From: an uncultured bacterium
Lineage (GTDB): Bacteria; Patescibacteriota; Saccharimonadia; UBA4664; SCTI01
Direction of reading: 5' to 3'
DNA length: 64,000 nt
Assembly (NCBI GenBank): GCA_963721685.1
Contig: CAVRJJ010000005.1
Span: 231,943-295,942, forward strand
In this document: positions 19,612-29,698 of the stretch, one piece after another
How the letters are laid out: each line of letters begins with the position of its first letter
Position numbering within the stretch: position 1 is the first letter of the stretch
The notes under the pieces: model-generated
What the model saw: the letters and a program-made list of their open reading frames with translations, nothing else
Told to the model about the DNA's origin: nothing
The model's database searches: none
Translations under genes and position numbers: made by a program

Positions 19612-20301
19612 ATGAATATTTTTAAAAGTGTTAAAATTCGTACCTTTGATATGGTGGTGGCGCTCTATATTTTCGGGGTCATGACATCTGAAATGCTTGG
19701 GTCTAAAACCTTCCCCATCGCGACCATCGGTACCTTTCACTTAAACGCGACGGTTGCCATTTTTGTTTTACCGCTCCTGTTTACTTTGACCGACGCTGTA
19801 GTTGAGGTATACGGCAGGGCGCGGGCGAGAAGTATGATTTTTGCCGGTTTAGCCACCATTGTCCTGCTCTTTTTCTTCCTTTGGCTAGCAACGAGCTTGC
19901 CGCCATCAACAAGATCCAGTGAAAATGAAGTAGCCTATGATGCCATTTTTGGCGCTTCAATGCGGATTGCCTTAGCTAGCCTGGCGGCCTTCGCGATCGC
20001 GGAACTCTTGGATGTAGCTATCTTTAGCAAGCTGCGGGAAAAAATGAAGAGCAAGGCCTTGTGGTTTCGCAATAACGCCTCTAACTTCGTATCCCAGTTT
20101 GTCGACTCCGCGGTATTCTTAACGCTGGCTTTTTACGCGTTCAACATGCCATTTAACGAAAACTTCAGTTTTTTGTTGGGACTGTTGATTCCCTACTGGC
20201 TGTTACGCTGCTTACTTTCCCTGCTGGAAACCCCGCTGGTTTACGCTGGTGTTTGGTGGCTAAAGCGCGATAAGGAAGCGCTAGCTACTGCAGCCAAATG
20301 A
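19612..20301 (+). CDS. Queuosine precursor transporter (YhhQ/Vut_1 family)
   Basis: TDAVVEVYG, RIALASLAAF, LWFRNNASNFVSQFVDS. Confidence 0.85.
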   Translation: MNIFKSVKIRTFDMVVALYIFGVMTSEMLGSKTFPIATIGTFHLNATVAIFVLPLLFTLTDAVVEVYGRARARSMIFAGLATIVLLFFFLWLATSLPPSTRSSENEVAYDAIFGASMRIALASLAAFAIAELLDVAIFSKLREKMKSKALWFRNNASNFVSQFVDSAVFLTLAFYAFNMPFNENFSFLLGLLIPYWLLRCLLSLLETPLVYAGVWWLKRDKEALATAAK

Positions 20302-21053
20302 TCGTCCGGGCTGTCACTACCCGAGTGGTGGTTCCCGGCGGGGGAACGTTATTGCAACTGCTCGATGAGACAATAACTGAGTTACCCGAGGGAAGCATCT
20401 TGGCTATCACTTCAAAGGTGGTGTCAATCTGTGAAGGAAGGGTCGTGCCAATCGAGGGTACCAATAAGTCGGCGTTGGTGCAGCAGGAGTCGCAACACTA
20501 CTTACCGGCGGAGGCCACCCGCTATGATTTTGAGTTGGCAATCGCTAATAACACCCTGGTGCCAAGCGCCGGCATTGACTCCTCAAATGGGGGTAGCTAC
20601 TACGTGCTATGGCCAAATGATCCCCAGGGTTCAGCCAATCAAGCACGAGAGTTTTTGGCAAAACGGTTCGGATTAGAAAAGGTGGGCGTGGTAATTACCG
20701 ACAGCACTTGTACGCCACTGCGTTGGGGCGTTACCGGTATCGCCCTAGCACATAGTGGCTTTGAAGCTCTCCATAGTTACGTTGGACAACCCGACTTGTT
20801 TGGCCGTCCCTTTGAAGTGAGCCAGGCCAACATTGCCGGAGGATTAGCCGCCGCGGCCGTACTGGAGATGGGGGAGGGCGCTGAGAGTACTCCCATCGCG
20901 ATCATTGAAGCTCCCTCTCGCGTTAGCTTTCAGTCGCGCAACCCAACTGCCGAAGAACTCGCCGCCCTTGTAATTGACCCCAAAGATGATGTCTTTGCGC
21001 CACTATTAACCAGCGTAGATTGGCAAAAGGGCGATAAGTCTGCTTCTACTTAG
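20298..21053 (+). CDS. CofE-like gamma-glutamyl ligase family protein
   Basis: ITSKVVSICEGR, AGIDSSN, GVVITDS, PLRWG, DLFGR, MGEGAESTP. Confidence 0.85.
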   Translation: MIVRAVTTRVVVPGGGTLLQLLDETITELPEGSILAITSKVVSICEGRVVPIEGTNKSALVQQESQHYLPAEATRYDFELAIANNTLVPSAGIDSSNGGSYYVLWPNDPQGSANQAREFLAKRFGLEKVGVVITDSTCTPLRWGVTGIALAHSGFEALHSYVGQPDLFGRPFEVSQANIAGGLAAAAVLEMGEGAESTPIAIIEAPSRVSFQSRNPTAEELAALVIDPKDDVFAPLLTSVDWQKGDKSAST

Positions 21054-21240
21054 TTTCTTTATCGGACACGAAGAACAGCAACACGCCAAGCAGAGAGGCA
21101 GGTATGCCGAACATACTTGCAAGGAGGGTAATGCTTTTTGTAGTTTCTTTATCAGGGATTACGCCTGTTACTACCAACAGCACAATTATTACCAGTAGAA
21201 GTGGGAACGATAACATTAAATACTTACTATTTTTTCGCAT
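21046..21240 (-). CDS. 64-aa two-TM membrane protein
   Basis: GGAGG SD; two hydrophobic segments, each followed by DKET. Confidence 0.55.
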   Translation of the reverse strand: MRKNSKYLMLSFPLLLVIIVLLVVTGVIPDKETTKSITLLASMFGIPASLLGVLLFFVSDKETK

Positions 21241-21508
21241 ATAATATCCTCCTATAGCATTATAGATAAAAAAACCGGCCGCCTGCTATAGACGACCGGT
21301 TGCCTCTTAGGCGCTGGGTTAGATCTAGGCGCTATCCCCTCCTTGATAGCTGTTCGAACGCCCGTTAGATAAAGGACTTTCCAAGATCACCCCCTTTCGT
21401 TTTATTATGCCCATATAATATCAAATAATAACCGTAAGCGGAATATTGTTTGCAATTTCTATGGATAAAATGCTACCGTAAGCGTAACTAAAGGTGAGCA
21501 TTAATTTT

Positions 21509-22192
21509 ATGAAGAAACTATTAAACCAACGGGGATTCGGCGCGTTGGAAATGATTTTGGTCGTGCTGTTGCTTGCTGCAATCGGCGCGGCCGGTTACTT
21601 CGCCTATCAAGCACGGCAGGCTGATTCTGATACAGCTTCTAGTAAAAACGTAACCGCTGAGAACCCTGAAGCAAAAGCGAATCCGTACGAAGGATGGAAA
21701 ACATTTGAATCGGTTGCCTATAAAGGGGCTAGTTTTCGGTATCCAACCGACTGGAATACGAAAGTTGAAGCAAGCCCATTTCCGGAAGTTGCCGACGGCA
21801 AAAATGTTATTTTGACGTCGCCTAAAGGATTGCAACTTAATTATGTCGAATTCATAGATGGACTTGGCGGCGGTTGCCCGGATACCGATCCGCATGTGAA
21901 CTTAACGACAGTTGAAGAGTTGGCCAATGGCTCAGTCCCTCCGGTATATTTTATTGAAAACAAATCAATAATTGCCCTGGCGAGCGAAAGCTCATGGCCA
22001 AATAATAAAGCTCAAGTTGGAGATACCGGAACCTGCTTATACTATCCCCTGGTGAGTACCAATAGTGCCCAAGGTAGCCAATTGAGCTTTAGCACATCCA
22101 TTCAAGCTAGAGGAGGTGATGCAGCTCCCCTGGTAGCCGACAAGGCGGAATTAGCAGAGGCACGCCTAATACTAAAAAGCTTCAAATTATAA
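21509..22192 (+). CDS. Secreted protein with prepilin-like (class III) leader
   Basis: NQRGF-GALEMILVVLLL leader; GWKTF...SFRYPTDW motif. Confidence 0.75.
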   Translation: MKKLLNQRGFGALEMILVVLLLAAIGAAGYFAYQARQADSDTASSKNVTAENPEAKANPYEGWKTFESVAYKGASFRYPTDWNTKVEASPFPEVADGKNVILTSPKGLQLNYVEFIDGLGGGCPDTDPHVNLTTVEELANGSVPPVYFIENKSIIALASESSWPNNKAQVGDTGTCLYYPLVSTNSAQGSQLSFSTSIQARGGDAAPLVADKAELAEARLILKSFKL

Positions 22193-22226
22193 CATTTTAC
22201 TGCCCTTAATTTGATAAGATGGGGCA

Positions 22227-23114
22227 GTGAAACCCTCTACTAGCATATTCATCATCTATAACCCCAAAAGTACCGGTGACAGCAAGTCGGCTGCGAAGGA
22301 CTTAGAGCGCCAGTTAATAAAAGAACTTCCTAGAACACGCGTCGAGTCCATTGCTACCCACTACGCCGGTCATGCTGAAAAGTTAGCTTACTCACTCGCG
22401 CACAAGCATGCCGCGCCGCTAATTGTGTCGTCCAGCGGGGATGGCGGGTACCACGAAGTAATTAATGGGGTAATGAAGTCATCGGCAGAAGGGAAACCCG
22501 CCATTGCCGCGGTTTTACCGGCTGGTAATGCCAATGACCACAGCCGGACCATGCAAGATAAGCCCCTATGGGAGTCCATTAAAAAGGGGAAGGCAACTCA
22601 GATTGATTTACTAAAAGTTAGCGTGGGGGATAGCACCAATAAGACACACCGCTATGCCCATTCCTACGCAGGGCTGGGCTTAACGCCTATTATTGCCACC
22701 GAGTTAAACCGCCACACCTTGTCAGCATTCAATGAAACCATTTTGGTGCTTAAGACTTTTTTCACCCATCGACCATTTAAAATACGTCGTAATAACAAAG
22801 TAATTACATTAGATAGCTTACTCTTTATGAACATCAATCAGATGGCCAAAGTGTTGACGCTGGCTAAAACCAATCAGCCGGATGATGGCAAATTTGAAGT
22901 AATTACCTTCCCCCACGCCCATAAGTTTAAGCTTATTATAAAGCTATTTAAGGCTGCCACCAAAGGGTTAGAAACCGCGCGGCGCGAAAGTGCTTACTCG
23001 TTTGAGGTGATAAAAAAAATGCCGATGCAACTGGATGGTGAAGTTACGCAGCTGGCGCCAAACAGTAAGGTGGAGGTAATATCCGCCGCTAAAGCGCTTG
23101 CAACCATTGTTTAA
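22227..23114 (+). CDS. Diacylglycerol/lipid kinase family protein
   Basis: IYNPKS, SGDGGYHEVING, LPAGNAND, MQLDGE. Confidence 0.88.
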   Translation: MKPSTSIFIIYNPKSTGDSKSAAKDLERQLIKELPRTRVESIATHYAGHAEKLAYSLAHKHAAPLIVSSSGDGGYHEVINGVMKSSAEGKPAIAAVLPAGNANDHSRTMQDKPLWESIKKGKATQIDLLKVSVGDSTNKTHRYAHSYAGLGLTPIIATELNRHTLSAFNETILVLKTFFTHRPFKIRRNNKVITLDSLLFMNINQMAKVLTLAKTNQPDDGKFEVITFPHAHKFKLIIKLFKAATKGLETARRESAYSFEVIKKMPMQLDGEVTQLAPNSKVEVISAAKALATIV

Positions 23115-23217
23115 AGTTGTGCAACAGTATAAAAATAAAATAATCTGATAACTAGAATATTGCACATTGGTTAATATGCTTGTTTTGCTTACAATTCAAG
23201 CATAAAGGGAGATAACT

Positions 23218-23580
23218 ATGGCCGACAGGATTATTACTACCGAAGATCGCCCAGCGCGCCGTTCCGGAGCGTGGAGCGCTGTAAATATTGTATATCTGCT
23301 CTTTGGTTTACTGGAAGCGCTGCTAGCGTTCCGGTTGATTTTCTTGTTGCTAGGAGCTAATCCGGCTAGTGGCTTTGTCAGTTTTATCTATAACCTCACC
23401 GAGCCGTTTGTGTGGCCGTTTTATGGTATTTTCCCGCAGGCTACAAACCAGGGCGCCGCGACAACCTCCGTTTTTGAACCCGCCACCATAATCGCCATGA
23501 TTGTTTACGCGCTCGTAGCTTGGTTGATCGCGCGCTTGATTGGCGCCGCCGCCGGAAGGCCGGTAGATAGGGAAGTTTAA
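23218..23580 (+). CDS. YggT-family membrane protein
   Basis: LLGANP..FVSFIYNLTEPFVWPF. Confidence 0.8.
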   Translation: MADRIITTEDRPARRSGAWSAVNIVYLLFGLLEALLAFRLIFLLLGANPASGFVSFIYNLTEPFVWPFYGIFPQATNQGAATTSVFEPATIIAMIVYALVAWLIARLIGAAAGRPVDREV

Positions 23581-23606
23581 GCTGCCAATAACACGTATAT
23601 AAAAAT

Positions 23607-23638
23607 AAAACGGCCCGTCGCAAATGACGGGCCGTTTT
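23607..23638. terminator. Bidirectional intrinsic terminator
   Basis: AAAACGGCCCGTC-GCAAAT-GACGGGCCGTTTT perfect stem. Confidence 0.85.
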
Positions 23639-23664
23639 GTGGAACGGTGGTCGCCCGCGACGGG

Positions 23665-24258
23665 CTAGTGGTTGGGTCGGGGAGGCTGCGGCACTTTCTG
23701 CAGGATGGGGCCTCGGACAGGCCTGGGTTCGGCTTGGTGAACGAGGCCGCGGTGCTTGGAGCAGCGGAAGTAGATCTCTCCAGTTTCCGCTGACAGCACA
23801 GCTGTGGTGGCTGGGTCGCCACACTGACGTTTGGCGGGAGTGTGGTAGGTGCACTTGAGCTTGAGGTCGGTGACAGGCACCTCCGGCACAGTGCCTTCCG
23901 TCTCCGGTTGGAGCAGGCTTCCTCCGTCCAGAATGTTGGCCGAGTTGATTTCCGTCATCCTGAAGAAGATGTGAGTCCGGCGCCTCTCCGGAAGCACCTT
24001 CGACGGGTCGATCGTGAGAGAGGTTGGCTCGGCACACGCCACCCACTCCGATCCAGCTTTTATATCCTCCTCCCACTGCCCCTTATGGACTAGCAGTTGA
24101 GGGTTGCTGAGCTGGAACCTCAGCTTGTTCGAACTGTCGAGATTGGCAGACTTGATGGTTCCGTGATAGAAACCACCGTTCACCAAGAACTCCAGAACTA
24201 GACCCGTGAGTTCGTCTAAGGGGACGTCATCCCAGGTCAACACATTCGATGGGGGCAC
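23665..24258 (-). CDS. GC-rich orphan with possible C-terminal Zn-binding motif
   Basis: GTG start after GGAG; CTYH..C..CSKH; the longer track ORF runs into a tRNA. Confidence 0.55.
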   Translation of the reverse strand: MPPSNVLTWDDVPLDELTGLVLEFLVNGGFYHGTIKSANLDSSNKLRFQLSNPQLLVHKGQWEEDIKAGSEWVACAEPTSLTIDPSKVLPERRRTHIFFRMTEINSANILDGGSLLQPETEGTVPEVPVTDLKLKCTYHTPAKRQCGDPATTAVLSAETGEIYFRCSKHRGLVHQAEPRPVRGPILQKVPQPPRPNH

Positions 24259-24344
24259 TGCGATACTCCAATCTCTGGGGGATGTGCGCGACGACACGAT
24301 TTGTCGAGGTGATTTATAATGGCATGATAATTGAGGAAAATCAA

Positions 24345-24420
24345 TGGTGGGCCCGGCTGGACTTGAACCAGCGACCAATCGGTTATGAGCCGACTGCTCT
24401 AACCACTGAGCTACGGGCCC
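24345..24420 (-). tRNA. tRNA with CAT anticodon, probably tRNA-Ile2 (lysidine)
   Basis: GGGCCCGTAGCTCAGTGG...CTCATAA...GGTTCAAGTCC...GGGCCCACCA; identity assigned from acceptor stem and by exclusion. Confidence 0.88.
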
Positions 24421-24517
24421 GCGGATGCACGGATGGTACGCAACCGATTATGCTGGAAAACGCCCGGCTTTGCCAGCGCGCTGTAATTGTTACGGTAGGC
24501 ATACTACAATGGAAGCT

Positions 24518-24913
24518 ATGAATCCGGTTATTCGAAAATTCCTGCGGCGCATCCATTTTGGCTTAGTTCTAGGAATTTTAGTGGTAACCTACATTTCTTT
24601 TTATTTAGTCCAGACCATTAGCTACAACTACAAGTTAAAGCATCAAATTAATGATCTTGAAACTCGGCTGACTCACTTGCAGACTGAAAAGCAAACCTTA
24701 GAATACAAAATTCAGTACTACCAAACCGACGACTATAAGGAAAAACAAGCTCGGGCCAAGCTGGGGTTGCAGGCGCCTGGCGAAGAAGTGATTATCCTGC
24801 CCCACGACGATACCGATAAATCAAACCAAGAAGCGCGGGAAGACGAAGCGAAGCCCAAGAAGTCGAATTTTGCCCAATGGGTAGACTTTCTGCTTGGAAA
24901 AACAAGCTCTTGA
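24518..24913 (+). CDS. Septum formation initiator (FtsB/DivIC family)
   Basis: TM plus coiled coil plus EKQARAKLGLQAPGEEV; ATG 7 nt after TACAAT. Confidence 0.8.
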   Translation: MNPVIRKFLRRIHFGLVLGILVVTYISFYLVQTISYNYKLKHQINDLETRLTHLQTEKQTLEYKIQYYQTDDYKEKQARAKLGLQAPGEEVIILPHDDTDKSNQEAREDEAKPKKSNFAQWVDFLLGKTSS

Positions 24914-26505
24914 AGCGTCTCTTCCTGTTCTGCGCCTCGGCCTTCTACCTGCTGGTTGTAAGCAGCGCCTCGGCCTTTGCCGCCGAACGGATTATTACTT
25001 TCGACTCTCAGGTGACGGTTACCAAAGAAAATGTTGCCGATATTACTGAAACGATCCAATATGATTTCGGCTCCGATTACCGCCACGGCATTTTCCGCTA
25101 TGTCCCGCTGGATTATACCGATGACAAAGGAAAGAAGTACCATAATAGCCTGAAGTTTATCGGCGTTACCCAAGAGGGGAAGAAGGTGGATGTCGAGACC
25201 ACCAAGACGACCAGCAAGGGAAGCAGTAATTCCGTCATACGCATAGGAGATCCGGATACAACCATTAACGGTGTTCACACCTACGTCATCCATTACCGGT
25301 TGCTGCCGGTTGTGCGGCAAGAAGGTGCGCTTGGGTTCTTGTCGCTGGATATTACCGGTGATGGCTGGGAGGTTCCGATTGAGCGGGCAAGCGCGACGTT
25401 AGCATTTGAGGATGGTACTAGCCTATCGAACCCCAAATGTTTTTACGGCCCTCCGGGTTCTACTGCTGGATGCGTTATCCAAGAAAGCCTGCCGCCTACC
25501 TATGTAGCTCAAAATCTCAGTGCCCGGGAAGGCCTAACGGTACAGGGCCTTTTGCCGGCCGGGTATGTCAGCGAATATCTTATTGCCGGGAAAAGGGCTC
25601 CTCTGACGCTGGAAGAAATTGCTACATTTATAGTAATTGGATTAAGCATTCTGGGAGCCTTGCTTATCGCCTGGATCTTCCTCCTAAGATACCTACGCAA
25701 GCGCGGTCGTAAAAAAGCTCAAACCGTCATTGCGCAATATGAGCCTCCCAGCAATTTAACCCCAGGGGAAATCGGCTTACTGCAAGATGACACATCGGGA
25801 ATGCGTGAAATTACCGCCATGCTGATTGACCTAGCGGTACGCGGGTTCATGAAGATTGAGCAGACTAAGCCTAAAACCTGGTTTAGAAAAGCCAAATATA
25901 CTTTGCATATGCTACAAGAACCAGTGGGTCTCACGAGCTACGAGCAAAAGCTGTGGGACCAGTTGTTTGGCGGACGAAATAAAATTGCTCTGGACGATAT
26001 AAATAAGTCCTCAATGTCGGCCGCGATAACGAAAATCCATTCCGAGTTAAAGACAGGGCTCAAGAAAAAAGGCTTTTACGGATCATTTTCCAAAGAGCCG
26101 GGGCTTATGGAGAAGCTGATTGATACCGGCACCATCTCAGACGCCGGTGCGGTGGAATGGGCAAAAGTTGAAGGATTAAAGCTGTATTTAAAAGTTGCCG
26201 AAAAAGACCGGTTAAATTTTACCGACGCTCCCGAACGCACTCCGGAGCGTTTCAACAAATTGCTGCCCTACGCGGTCGCACTAGGGGTTGAAAAAGAGTG
26301 GGCCAAGCAGTTCGAGGACATTAACTTGCAGCAATCCTCCAGCTGGTACGCTGGCAATTACGCGGTCTTTTCCTCATCGGCGCTAGCCAGTGATCTTGGG
26401 GGAGGCTTCGCCTCGTCATTTAGCAGCAACGCGACCGTTTCATCGTCATCGTCCGGCGGTAGCTCGGGTGGAGGAGGCGGCGGAGGTGGAGGCGGGAGCT
26501 GGTAG
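24910..26505 (+). CDS. DUF2207-family membrane protein
   Basis: ERIITFD, RHGIFR, IGDPD, QYEPP, LLPYAVALG, Gly-rich GGGGGGSW end. Confidence 0.88.
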   Translation: MKRLFLFCASAFYLLVVSSASAFAAERIITFDSQVTVTKENVADITETIQYDFGSDYRHGIFRYVPLDYTDDKGKKYHNSLKFIGVTQEGKKVDVETTKTTSKGSSNSVIRIGDPDTTINGVHTYVIHYRLLPVVRQEGALGFLSLDITGDGWEVPIERASATLAFEDGTSLSNPKCFYGPPGSTAGCVIQESLPPTYVAQNLSAREGLTVQGLLPAGYVSEYLIAGKRAPLTLEEIATFIVIGLSILGALLIAWIFLLRYLRKRGRKKAQTVIAQYEPPSNLTPGEIGLLQDDTSGMREITAMLIDLAVRGFMKIEQTKPKTWFRKAKYTLHMLQEPVGLTSYEQKLWDQLFGGRNKIALDDINKSSMSAAITKIHSELKTGLKKKGFYGSFSKEPGLMEKLIDTGTISDAGAVEWAKVEGLKLYLKVAEKDRLNFTDAPERTPERFNKLLPYAVALGVEKEWAKQFEDINLQQSSSWYAGNYAVFSSSALASDLGGGFASSFSSNATVSSSSSGGSSGGGGGGGGGGSW

Positions 26506-26568
26506 TTTCATTTTTATTTAATCTCAAGTTGGTAAGCTGGTAGAATTGAAATAATACAAGGATTAGTT

Positions 26569-26922
26569 ATGGCATTAACTCTCGAGGAAAAACAGTATTT
26601 TGACCGGCGTTTTGACGGCATCGAGCAAGCCAGGCACGAGGATCGCGCATATTTTACGGGCTTGTTTAACGCGGCATTGCGAGAAATTTCTAAAAAGTTT
26701 GATTCCGTCCAAAAGCAGCTTGATGCCATAAAAGTGCGGATGGAACGGCTCGAAGAACGTGTCGGACAACTCGAAACGCGCGTTGCGGCGCTGGAGAAAG
26801 ATATTAAAGAAATCAAGCTAGATCTCCAGGATGTGCGCGCTCGTGTATTTGATGCGGCCCAGCGAACAGAATGGTTGTCGTTGGTGCGCCGAGTTGAGGT
26901 GCTCGAGAAAGATTGTAAATAG
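26569..26922 (+). CDS. Coiled-coil hypothetical protein
   Basis: Heptad-rich [17 protein letters not shown]. Confidence 0.65.
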   Translation: MALTLEEKQYFDRRFDGIEQARHEDRAYFTGLFNAALREISKKFDSVQKQLDAIKVRMERLEERVGQLETRVAALEKDIKEIKLDLQDVRARVFDAAQRTEWLSLVRRVEVLEKDCK

Positions 26923-26933
26923 TAAATTCCAAA

Positions 26934-27008
<75 letters not shown>

Positions 27009-27056
27009 ATACGGTAAGCATTGTACTTGGTTAGCTTCTTCTCGAAAAGCCTTGTA

Positions 27057-27632
27057 CTAAAAGCCCAGGAAATAGTTATGAAATTTTGAGTTCTCGTCCA
27101 ATTCAGTGTGGAAAGAGGTCGCTAGGATATTTCCTTGGCGAACCGCGATTGGTGCTTCCTGGTAACTGGATAAAATCTCAACCTGAGGACCTACTGCCGT
27201 AATGCCAGGCGAGCGGATAAACACAACGTTTACGCGGTCGGGGGTGACTTTGGGTATTGATAGGCGGGCGCTAAAACTTTGGATTTGCCGCCCGTAATAG
27301 TTCCGTGTGGCAGTGATGTTGAGCCCGCCTAGTAGGACTTGGCCATCGTGCTTTTGTCCCTCAACCCGATCGGCCAACATGATTAGCCCGGCGCAGGTTC
27401 CCCATACCGGCATCTTCGCCGCGATAAATGCCCGCAACGGCTTTATGAGGCCGGTGCTTTGGGCAACAATTCCAATGGCAGTGCTTTCCCCGCCGGGAAT
27501 AATCAACGAATCAATGGCTTCTAAGTCACCAGGTGTTTTAACAAGCCGGACGGCTGCCCCGCAGCGCTCAACCGCGGCGGCGTGCTCAGCAAAATCTCCC
27601 TGGAGTGCCAGTATGCCAACAGTTTTAGCCAA
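27057..27632 (-). CDS. pdxT: PLP synthase glutaminase subunit
   Basis: GILALQGDF, PGGEST, GTCAGLI, RNYYGRQ, FHTEL. Confidence 0.93.
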   Translation of the reverse strand: MAKTVGILALQGDFAEHAAAVERCGAAVRLVKTPGDLEAIDSLIIPGGESTAIGIVAQSTGLIKPLRAFIAAKMPVWGTCAGLIMLADRVEGQKHDGQVLLGGLNITATRNYYGRQIQSFSARLSIPKVTPDRVNVVFIRSPGITAVGPQVEILSSYQEAPIAVRQGNILATSFHTELDENSKFHNYFLGF

Positions 27633-27637
27633 CCTGG

Positions 27638-28522
27638 TTACCAGCCGCGGGTGGCGAGTCGCTCTTCGTTGGGCAACGTGTCGAGGTTAATGCCAACCAT
27701 CGGCTCACCTAAATCTTCACTTACCTTGGCGAGCATCTTCGCGTCATTAAAGTGAGTGGTGGCAAGCACAATGGCCTTGGCGCGCTTGGCTGGGTTGCCG
27801 CTTTTGTAAATGCCGGAGCCAACAAATACACCGTCGACACCTAATTGCATCATTAAGGCGGCGTCGGCGGGGGTGGCAATACCGCCGGCGGCGAAGTTTA
27901 CTACCGGTAAGCGGCCAAGTTTAACGGTTTGGCCAGCCAGCTCTTCCGTCACCCGCTCAGTTTTAGCGAAGGCTTTGATGGCGGCTGATCCGGCTTTTTT
28001 CAGGATTGCCAGTTCATCGCTAACGGTCCGGGCATGGCGGACGGCTTCAACGATATTGCCGGTGCCGGCTTCCCCCTTTGTTCGGATCATGGCAGCGCCT
28101 TCCTGGATGCGCCGGAGGGCTTCGCCTAAATTACGGCAGCCGCACACAAAAGGCACGGTAAAGGGGTGCTTATCAATATGGTGGGTGTCGTCAGCCGGTG
28201 TCAGGACTTCGCTTTCATCAATGTAGTCCACGCCAAGCTCCTGGAGAATTTGGGCTTCTACAAAATGACCAATGCGCGCCTTTGCCATCACCGGGATCGT
28301 TACCGCCTTAATAATTTCTTTAATCATTTTGGGGTCGCTCATGCGCGCTACACCGCCATCGGCGCGGATATCGGCTGGAACGCGTTCAAGTGCCATCACA
28401 GCCGCCGCCCCAGCCTCTTCAGCAATGCGAGCCTGTTCGGGGGTGACCACATCCATAATAACGCCGCCTTTGAGCATTTGGGCGAGGCCGCTTTTTACGG
28501 CAAAGGTTCCGGTGTGTTTCAT
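27638..28522 (-). CDS. pdxS: PLP synthase lyase subunit
   Basis: [34 protein letters not shown]. Confidence 0.96.
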   Translation of the reverse strand: MKHTGTFAVKSGLAQMLKGGVIMDVVTPEQARIAEEAGAAAVMALERVPADIRADGGVARMSDPKMIKEIIKAVTIPVMAKARIGHFVEAQILQELGVDYIDESEVLTPADDTHHIDKHPFTVPFVCGCRNLGEALRRIQEGAAMIRTKGEAGTGNIVEAVRHARTVSDELAILKKAGSAAIKAFAKTERVTEELAGQTVKLGRLPVVNFAAGGIATPADAALMMQLGVDGVFVGSGIYKSGNPAKRAKAIVLATTHFNDAKMLAKVSEDLGEPMVGINLDTLPNEERLATRGW

Positions 28523-28546
28523 TACATGTATCTCATAATAATTGCT

Positions 28547-28623
<77 letters not shown>

Positions 28624-28755
28624 ACGACGTTTTTACAGGATACCAGGAATAAGATGGGGGGTCAACGATTAGGTACTAGTAATTTTAAGTAAAATAGTGC
28701 AAAATAATCCTACTCCACTATCGATTGCCGATACTGTCGGCAGGAAGGATCCTAC

Positions 28756-29190
28756 GTGCATAGGCACCTTGGATTTATGGGTAACCGACCAGAGCTTCGG
28801 GGGCAGCTTTCAGTGCTGCCTCCGTCGATCTGGAGAAAGGTGGCCGACCCCGCAACCGGGAATCCGGTAACTGCGTCGCCGCATGCGCTACGGCTCGGCA
28901 ACGGCGAGACGATCGTTTTGGGCAAGGTGGTTCGGCGCGGACAGCTTGACCTGGTGCTAGTCGAATGCGACGGCACGATGGATGAGCTTCAGAAGGCAGG
29001 AAGCATCCTGCGTACCTTGGGAATCACCAATCTCTCGGACATTCGTCCCGGCCCGATCGGCTGGTTCTCGACGGAAGGAGAGCACGAGTCGACACTCCAC
29101 GGGCTTCGTGCAGCCGCCAAGGTTGGCGCTGAACAAGCGCCCATCCTTTGGTTCCGCCGTAAGCGCCAGACGGCAACGCTCGCCGCCTAA
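28756..29190 (+). CDS. GC-rich orphan hypothetical protein
   Basis: GGAAGGA SD; GC3-rich ORF. Confidence 0.55.
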   Translation: MHRHLGFMGNRPELRGQLSVLPPSIWRKVADPATGNPVTASPHALRLGNGETIVLGKVVRRGQLDLVLVECDGTMDELQKAGSILRTLGITNLSDIRPGPIGWFSTEGEHESTLHGLRAAAKVGAEQAPILWFRRKRQTATLAA

Positions 29191-29216
29191 TGACAACCAC
29201 GACAAGGAGTTTGACA

Positions 29217-29492
29217 TGAGCGGAGACGTTCAACCAGGATATGGCACGAAGAGTCCAGTGCCGGCAACCGGCGTGGTCGGCCCGTTTGACGGGCTTGATC
29301 CATGCGACGGGAAGGACCAGGCAGTCCTGGCAGTTGGCCTTGCACTGCTGCGGTTGCACTTCGACTTCAGCGATCCAGCTACTGCGGAGGCTGGTTCGCC
29401 AGGCGGCGGAGAGCTTCGGCATCACCACCGAGGAGCTGAGCGACCGGATTCGGAGCTTCAAGGAAGCCCTGCTTCTCCAGCCCGGCTGGTAG
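29217..29492 (+). CDS. GC-rich orphan, probably one gene with a frameshift near 29370
   Basis: AAGGAG SD before ATG 29217; GC3-rich frame switches to the frame ending at 29492. Confidence 0.4.
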
Positions 29493-29698
29493 CGGCCGCG
29501 CATCGAGCCGCTGGGGGTGAGGCCGGCGCCTTGCACCACCGAGCATCAAACGGCTGTTCGGCCTTTCGAGTGAGGACCCACTGTTCGGGCCGGCATGCCG
29601 AACAAGGGCCCGATAGACGACTGAGCTTCGGCTCGCAACGCGTGTGGGCGGGGCCTAAGGGTCCCGCCTGCGCCCGCAGTTTTGTTATTATTCCATCT

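Noticed and set aside
23640-24345. GC-rich gene as an element integrated at tRNA-Ile2
   Set aside because: No convincing duplication of the tRNA 3' end at the far side; only a partial GGTGG match
26440-26505. GGN/TCN low-complexity repeat
   Set aside because: Normal Gly/Ser-rich C-terminus of DUF2207 proteins
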